Assembly (NCBI GenBank): GCA_002709695.1
Contig: PAQF01000079.1
Coordinates: forward strand, 4,448 to 68,447
Direction: 5' to 3'
DNA: 64,000 nucleotides
From: Candidatus Poribacteria bacterium
Lineage (GTDB): Bacteria; Poribacteria; WGA-4E; UBA9662
Both the position numbers and the translations under genes were made by a program. Shown here piece by piece: positions 58,959-64,000 of the stretch (position 1 is its first letter; each line of letters opens with the position of its first letter). The notes beneath the pieces are model-generated. The model was not told the origin of the DNA. It saw only the letters and a program-made list of their open reading frames with translations, and did no database searches.

Positions 58959-59960
58959 ATGAAATTTTGCGTTATCGGGGCCGGTCGAATGGGTTCTCTC
59001 CACGCGGCAAACATAGCAGTTTCTGATCGTGCTGAACTTGCCTATATCGTGGACAGCGACAAGAGTCGTGCTGAAACACTGGCCAAACGCTATGGTGCGC
59101 TAGCCGTAACCAGCACCGACGAACCATTGTCTAACTCTGATATTAAAGCGGTTGTCATTGCATCTGCCACGGACACGCACGCGGATTTGATTGAGGCATC
59201 AGTGAAGGCTGATAAAGCCATCTTCTGTGAAAAGCCAATTGATCTCAGTCTTGAACGAGTAAAGGCTTGTGAGCGCACGATTAATGGTTTCAGTTTACCT
59301 GTGATGATTGGTTTTCACCGACGATTTGATGAAACGCACAAGGCGGTACGACAGGCGATTGAGACAGGAGAAATAGGTTTCGTTGAAAGCATCAACATCA
59401 TAAGCCGTAATTCATCGCCACCGTCCTATGACTATATCAAAACCTCTGGTGGACAGTTTTTGGATCAGATGATTCATGACTTCGATTTGGCTCTCTGGAT
59501 GAGTGGTGCCGGCGGCAAGACAAAGGTTTTCGCCATGGGAGCTGCTTTGTTCGATCCTCAGATAGGTGAGCTCGGCGACACCGACAGTGCACATGTGCTA
59601 CTTGAGTTTTCGACAGGTGCATTCTGCAAGATTGAGTGCAGTCGCCGGGCCAGTTACGGTTACGATCAGAGGGTCGAAATTTTTGGATCGCTTGGCATGG
59701 TTTCCTCTGGAAACCTTCACAATTCGGCTATTGAACATTGGAACTCAAAAGGAACCGCTGCGAAAGCAACCTTGCGCCCAGATTTTATGCAGCGGTATTT
59801 TCTCTGCTACGCTGTCGAACTCGACGCATTTATTGATGCGCTTGAGGGGGCTACTTTGGCCGGAGCCGATTTTTCGGCCGGTCGGCGCGCCCAGCAACTC
59901 GCTGAAGCAGCCTGCCAATCAATGATATCTGGACAGGCTATATTAGTTGAATTGGGATAA
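58959..59960 (+). CDS. Gfo/Idh/MocA family oxidoreductase (inositol-dehydrogenase-like)
   Basis: Rossmann VIGAGRMG, FCEKP and GFHRRFD motifs. 333 aa. Confidence 0.8.
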   Translation: MKFCVIGAGRMGSLHAANIAVSDRAELAYIVDSDKSRAETLAKRYGALAVTSTDEPLSNSDIKAVVIASATDTHADLIEASVKADKAIFCEKPIDLSLERVKACERTINGFSLPVMIGFHRRFDETHKAVRQAIETGEIGFVESINIISRNSSPPSYDYIKTSGGQFLDQMIHDFDLALWMSGAGGKTKVFAMGAALFDPQIGELGDTDSAHVLLEFSTGAFCKIECSRRASYGYDQRVEIFGSLGMVSSGNLHNSAIEHWNSKGTAAKATLRPDFMQRYFLCYAVELDAFIDALEGATLAGADFSAGRRAQQLAEAACQSMISGQAILVELG

Positions 59961-60028
59961 ACCTTTACGCTTATTATATATTATTAAGAAGGGAAGAAAA
60001 TCGTAAGGAAATTGAGCTGTGTATTATT

Positions 60029-60430
60029 ATGTTTTTGGCTATTTCGTTTGCAACAGCGGGTATTTGGGAGGAGAATTTTGATGATCGCATGCCTGAAGGA
60101 TGGAAGACAATCGTTGGTAAATGGAAAGTGACCAAGAAAACACTAACACAAATTACCAATGAGTCATACTGCAAAATTATGTTTGGTGACGTAGCTTGGA
60201 AAGATTATAGTGTTTCGGTTGATATAACAGTTGGCGAAGGTCAACATCCATGTAACTGTGTTGGGTTACTAATTAGAGAAGATCAAGAAGGTGAAAACGG
60301 TTATCGTTTCTAGATACGTACCGACCAGCATAAGGCCCAAGTTTCTCGTTGGGTCAACAATAAGTTTCAACACCTCAAAACACCAATACCCCTCCAAGCA
60401 ATCAGGCCAGCCAAACCAGTTCCTAGATAA
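60029..60430 (+). pseudogene. LamG/DUF1080-like concanavalin-fold domain interrupted by an in-frame TAG
   Basis: Reads WEENFDDRMPEGWKTIVGKWKVTKKTL ... GDVAWKDYSVSVDITV ... VGLLIREDQEGENGYRF*IRTDQHKAQVSRWVNNKF. The TAG lies at 60311-60313 in the middle of the domain pattern. Confidence 0.45.
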
Positions 60431-60805
60431 GCCTTGGTAACGAATTAGTGAAAATTAATGTCGCCGGGTATACTTTTACGGTGTCTTTATGTTCTAGGCA
60501 GAAGTTAGCCGATATTAGATATAGTACACGGGTTTTGTGGGCTGTGTGTACATGTTTTGGATAAATCTTAGATTCCTGTTATCCGAACGTAGCCAACTGT
60601 CAAGGTAATCAGGTTCAGTATTTTTTGCTTATGATTAAGCTACCACAGCTTAGGAAGGCAACTTATCTATATTGAAATACCAAACTTATAGCTATGGGGA
60701 TTTTGCATAGACTAATGCCATCATACATCGAATCAACGCCTTAGTTAGAATTCAGTCTAAACAGGAAACAATTTGGGGCCTAACCAACATGTTTGAGAGA
60801 TATAG

Positions 60806-62395
60806 ATGAAATCTTTTATACCAGCCTTATTGGTAGGCACTATATGTTTAGTATTCTCCTCTGATGGAAAGGAAGTTCAGGGAGGCAATTCGCTGAAACC
60901 ATGTCTTCCATCTGAGGGAGGGAAAGGAAAGGTCATGAAAGACAAAAGTGCAAGTGGCAATGATTACACAATGTGTCTTACATTGAATCAAAAAGACATA
61001 GGATATCGCGGTATCTGGTATTACAATCAGCCATCGGGAGATGAATATGTTTATAAATACAGTGGAGGGCTAGGCACTTATTGTGCGAAACATCGCCCTT
61101 TTGCTGTGTATCGCCCCGAAGTCGACAAAACTTTTTTCTGCTACGGTGGTACACCTCTAGACGCCTATCTCAAACACTCAAAGGAAGACCTCAATGGTGA
61201 CCAGCCTTTCTCACGTAAACGCGAAGGGTTCTTGCTTCATATGATTTCCTACTTTGATCACAAAACCGGGCAGGTTCCACAGCCGACCATTCTTCTTGAT
61301 AAAAACACAGCTGATGCCCACGATAATCCAGTGATCTCGATTGATGACGATGGTTATATCTGGATTTTCTCAACTTCTCATGGTCTCTCTCGCCCTTCTT
61401 ACATTCACCGTAGCAAGGAACCTTACAACATCGATAGTTTTGAACAGATCGATGTCACATACCGCCTAAATGGTGAAGAACGGCCAATGGATAATTTTTC
61501 CTATATGCAAGCTTGGCAACTACCAAATCGTGGTTTCATCAACTTCGTCACACGCTACAAAGATCCCTCAGACCGCACCCTCTTTTTTATAACCAGCTCT
61601 GATGGTACTAAATGGTCCGAATGGACACGCCTGGCAGCGATCGAAAAAGGGCATTATCAAATCAGTACCTGCTCTGACCAAAAAGCCGTCACTGCCTTCA
61701 ACTATCATCCGACCCCTAAAGGCCTAAACTGGCGTACGAACTTGTATTATCTCGAAACACCAGACTTTGGACATACTTGGCAAAATGCGGCTGGAGAAAA
61801 GGTCAACATTCCACTCACAACATCTGACAATAACGCACTTGTGCACGATTATGCTTCCGAAGGCCTCAAAGTTTATCTCAAAGACATTCGCCTCGATCCA
61901 AATGGAAATCCTGTCATTCTTGTCATCACCAGCAAAGGATACGAATCCGGTCCTGAAAATGCCCCTCGTACTTGGACACTTTTACAATGGACCGGCAATG
62001 GTTGGAACATCTGCCCCATCACCACTTCCGACAGCAACTACGACATGGGATCGCTGTATCTCGAAACTGATGGTACCTATCGCATTATCGCCCCTACCGA
62101 AACCGGTCCTCAGGCATATAATCCTGGTGGCGAAATGGCCATGTGGGAGAGCCACGACCAAGGTTATACCTGGAACTATGTCAAAAAACTCACTCAAAAC
62201 AGTGAACGCAATCACACCTATGCCCGCAGCCCCGTTAACGCTCATGCCGACTTCTATGCCCTCTGGGCAGACGGTAATGCGCGACAGGCATCCCAGTCCC
62301 TCCTCTACTTCTGCGACAAACAAGGTAATGTCTACCAACTGCCTGAAGAAATGGATAGCGACTTCGCAAAACCAATCCTAATTAATTCAGATTGA
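60806..62395 (+). CDS. Secreted BNR_4-like beta-propeller protein
   Basis: Signal peptide. GYRGIWYYNQPSGDEYVYKYSGGLGTYCAKHRPFAVYRPEVDKTFFCYGG resembles the N-terminal signature I associate with the BNR_4 family. 529 aa. Confidence 0.5.
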   Translation: MKSFIPALLVGTICLVFSSDGKEVQGGNSLKPCLPSEGGKGKVMKDKSASGNDYTMCLTLNQKDIGYRGIWYYNQPSGDEYVYKYSGGLGTYCAKHRPFAVYRPEVDKTFFCYGGTPLDAYLKHSKEDLNGDQPFSRKREGFLLHMISYFDHKTGQVPQPTILLDKNTADAHDNPVISIDDDGYIWIFSTSHGLSRPSYIHRSKEPYNIDSFEQIDVTYRLNGEERPMDNFSYMQAWQLPNRGFINFVTRYKDPSDRTLFFITSSDGTKWSEWTRLAAIEKGHYQISTCSDQKAVTAFNYHPTPKGLNWRTNLYYLETPDFGHTWQNAAGEKVNIPLTTSDNNALVHDYASEGLKVYLKDIRLDPNGNPVILVITSKGYESGPENAPRTWTLLQWTGNGWNICPITTSDSNYDMGSLYLETDGTYRIIAPTETGPQAYNPGGEMAMWESHDQGYTWNYVKKLTQNSERNHTYARSPVNAHADFYALWADGNARQASQSLLYFCDKQGNVYQLPEEMDSDFAKPILINSD

Positions 62396-62445
62396 TTCAT
62401 CGACTACTCAAAAGATTAAAAGCTATTTGCCTGTAAAATCCAACA

Positions 62446-62952
62446 GTGATCATTGTGGTTGATCGGATCGACCTAGACAGTCAAATTACCAGTACCTTCT
62501 TGGCGGCAGATGCCCCTAATCTGGTCAGGGCCAACAGCCGGCAAGAGCTGAAACAACTGCTGGCTGGAGATGTTCGAAAGATTATCATTACCACTATTCA
62601 CAAGTTTGGAGAGGACAAGAAAAGCAAGCAGCCCACCGGGGCTATCAATCAACGCTCCAACATCATCGCTTTAGTTGATGAAGCCCCTCGCACTCAGGAA
62701 GGCGAACTGGGATTTTTTATGCGAGATGCCTTACCTAATGCGTTCCTTTTTGGCTTAACTGGTATGCCTATCAATCGCTGAGGCAGGAACACTTTCACTC
62801 ATTTTGGAGCTGAAGAAGACACCAGCGGCTACATGAGTCGTTATAGTTTTGAGGAATCAATCCGAGATGGCGCCACTAAAGAACTCCATTTTGAACCTCG
62901 GCTGCTGGACCTTAATATCGACCAAGAAACTATTGAAAATCAAAGACTTTAG
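62446..62952 (+). pseudogene. hsdR: Type I restriction enzyme R subunit (HsdR) internal fragment
   Basis: Contains IIVVDRIDLDSQ, IIITTIHKF, the degenerate DEAH box LVDEAPRTQ and GLTGMPI. An in-frame TGA (62779-62781) is followed by TFTHFG ... YSFEESIRDGATKELHFE. Both the N- and C-terminal parts are missing. Confidence 0.6.
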
Positions 62953-63142
62953 ATTTAGCTGACAATTCATAGTGTAGGTGTTGGGAAGGTTCTGGATAAT
63001 CAATGGATCTGGTAACTTCCAACCTGTTATGGTAAGTAATAGTCCATCCTTCCGCAAAAAATTGCTCAGTAATGGACGTGCCACCTGTTTTAGGTATATG
63101 GATGTGTAGTAATCTAATATTTCCCTGAGTGTAAATTGGCAT
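62930..63142 (-). pseudogene. Sulfotransferase N-terminal fragment
   Basis: Reads LLHIHIPKTGGTSITEQF, a 5'-PSB loop of Sulfotransfer_2-type enzymes. Only 70 codons remain, and its 3' end overlaps the end of the HsdR fragment. Confidence 0.45.
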
Positions 63143-63383
63143 TTCACTATCGATAATCTTAATTATCGAAATCCTGCAAGATACACTGAAACTGCCTTTG
63201 CTTTTCGTTGCCTGTGTTAACAGCGATGGCGGTAACGATTTATCTGCCTGAAGTTGCCTGTATCCAAATTGCGTAGTTAAAGTTACCGCTGAAACTTTGG
63301 CTGATAGTGTAATAAATTGCTCCTCTACAAATATAGCAAGAGGTGATTTTGAGACGACACCTGAGTTGGTTATTCGCAGTTGA

Positions 63384-64000
63384 TTAAGGCCAAAAATTGT
63401 ACATCTGTTTTTGGGTAATAATACTTATCAAGCTCCATAAACCGCCAGTTACAAAATCGCCTAGGATCAAGCCAAAAGCAAAATAGCGCAATTTACGCAT
63501 CGCTTTCAGACCAAAAACTTTGAGTATAGTTAACTTGACGGTCCAGCAAACCAACATACAAGTCCAGAGATAGGCCATTCCCCAATCGCTGGAAATTAGA
63601 AAGCCAACCGGATGGAGCGGAAACCAGAGGAAACGCGTTCGCATCCACATCAACGCTACAGAAAACCCGAAGCCAGCCGACAGTCCTATTAGCGGGAAAA
63701 AGTTAGTTGATGTGGGCAGAGACAACCATCTTTGAAGTCCATTGAATACCCTAGCTCCGAACTGCATCCCCCAACCGCTTCCACCGAAGTTAATTGCACC
63801 ATGTTGATAATAGAGGTGAAGCATAACCCAAAACACTGTCACCGACGCCACGGCTGAAACTCCAACCAGTGCTGGGTATAGACGCCGACGAGTATTAGAG
63901 GTTACCATTTTGAGTCCCTCCAACTGATGAGGCATCGGATGACTCGTAAAACTGCGGATGGACCAACGATACAGTGTTAAGGCCACCAAGTTGGATTTGC
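63384..64000 (-). CDS. Polytopic membrane protein, C-terminal part (ORF open at the right window edge)
   Basis: There is no stop between 63989 and 64000 in frame. Several hydrophobic helices. Ends GLILGDFVTGGLWSLISIITQKQMYNFWP*. Confidence 0.5.
   Translation of the reverse strand, partial: KSNLVALTLYRWSIRSFTSHPMPHQLEGLKMVTSNTRRRLYPALVGVSAVASVTVFWVMLHLYYQHGAINFGGSGWGMQFGARVFNGLQRWLSLPTSTNFFPLIGLSAGFGFSVALMWMRTRFLWFPLHPVGFLISSDWGMAYLWTCMLVCWTVKLTILKVFGLKAMRKLRYFAFGLILGDFVTGGLWSLISIITQKQMYNFWP

Overview
This is a 64-kb, mostly AT-rich window. By eye and from a few hand-counted lines it is about 35-42 % G+C, with several clearly GC-richer genes. Gene content resembles a marine polysaccharide and sulfated-glycan degrader of PVC type. 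It includes a PSCyt/DUF1549/DUF1553 + DUF1501 pair, Cys-type sulfatases, GH31, GH51, BNR/sialidase-like proteins, a CE4 deacetylase, a beta-helix protein, a TonB-dependent receptor and many PhyH-type dioxygenases. I cannot assign taxonomy from sequence alone. I recognised no rRNA, tRNA, CRISPR array, transposase, tyrosine integrase or phage structural gene.

Four things stand out.

1. A compact plasmid-like maintenance and recombination module lies at 5.3-8.4 kb. It comprises an AT-rich tract with iteron-like repeats, a serine recombinase, and a ParA + ribbon-helix-helix operon. The recombinase is preceded by 29-bp perfect inverted repeats bracketing 111 bp, plus a family of half-sites. This could be an invertible switch or an atypical res site.

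2. The density of gene remnants is unusually high. They include three flagellin pieces, two of them inverted and bracketing about 32 kb. There is also a PSCyt gene fused by deletion to the last codons of a DUF1501 gene. The rest are a multiply disrupted sulfatase with an inverted duplicate of its 3' part, two PhyH remnants, and FGE, HsdR, sulfotransferase, MR/MLE, GH32-like, HEAT and LamG-like fragments.

3. At least three families of short dispersed intergenic repeats are present.

4. Several proteins are atypical. One carries three tandem DUF5069 domains. A QueC homologue lacks every C-terminal zinc-ligand cysteine. Two adjacent secreted proteins share a C-terminal K-[IL]-[ST]-I-x-W-G-[ND]-L-K motif.

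All functional calls come from motif recognition by eye and none has been checked by a database search.
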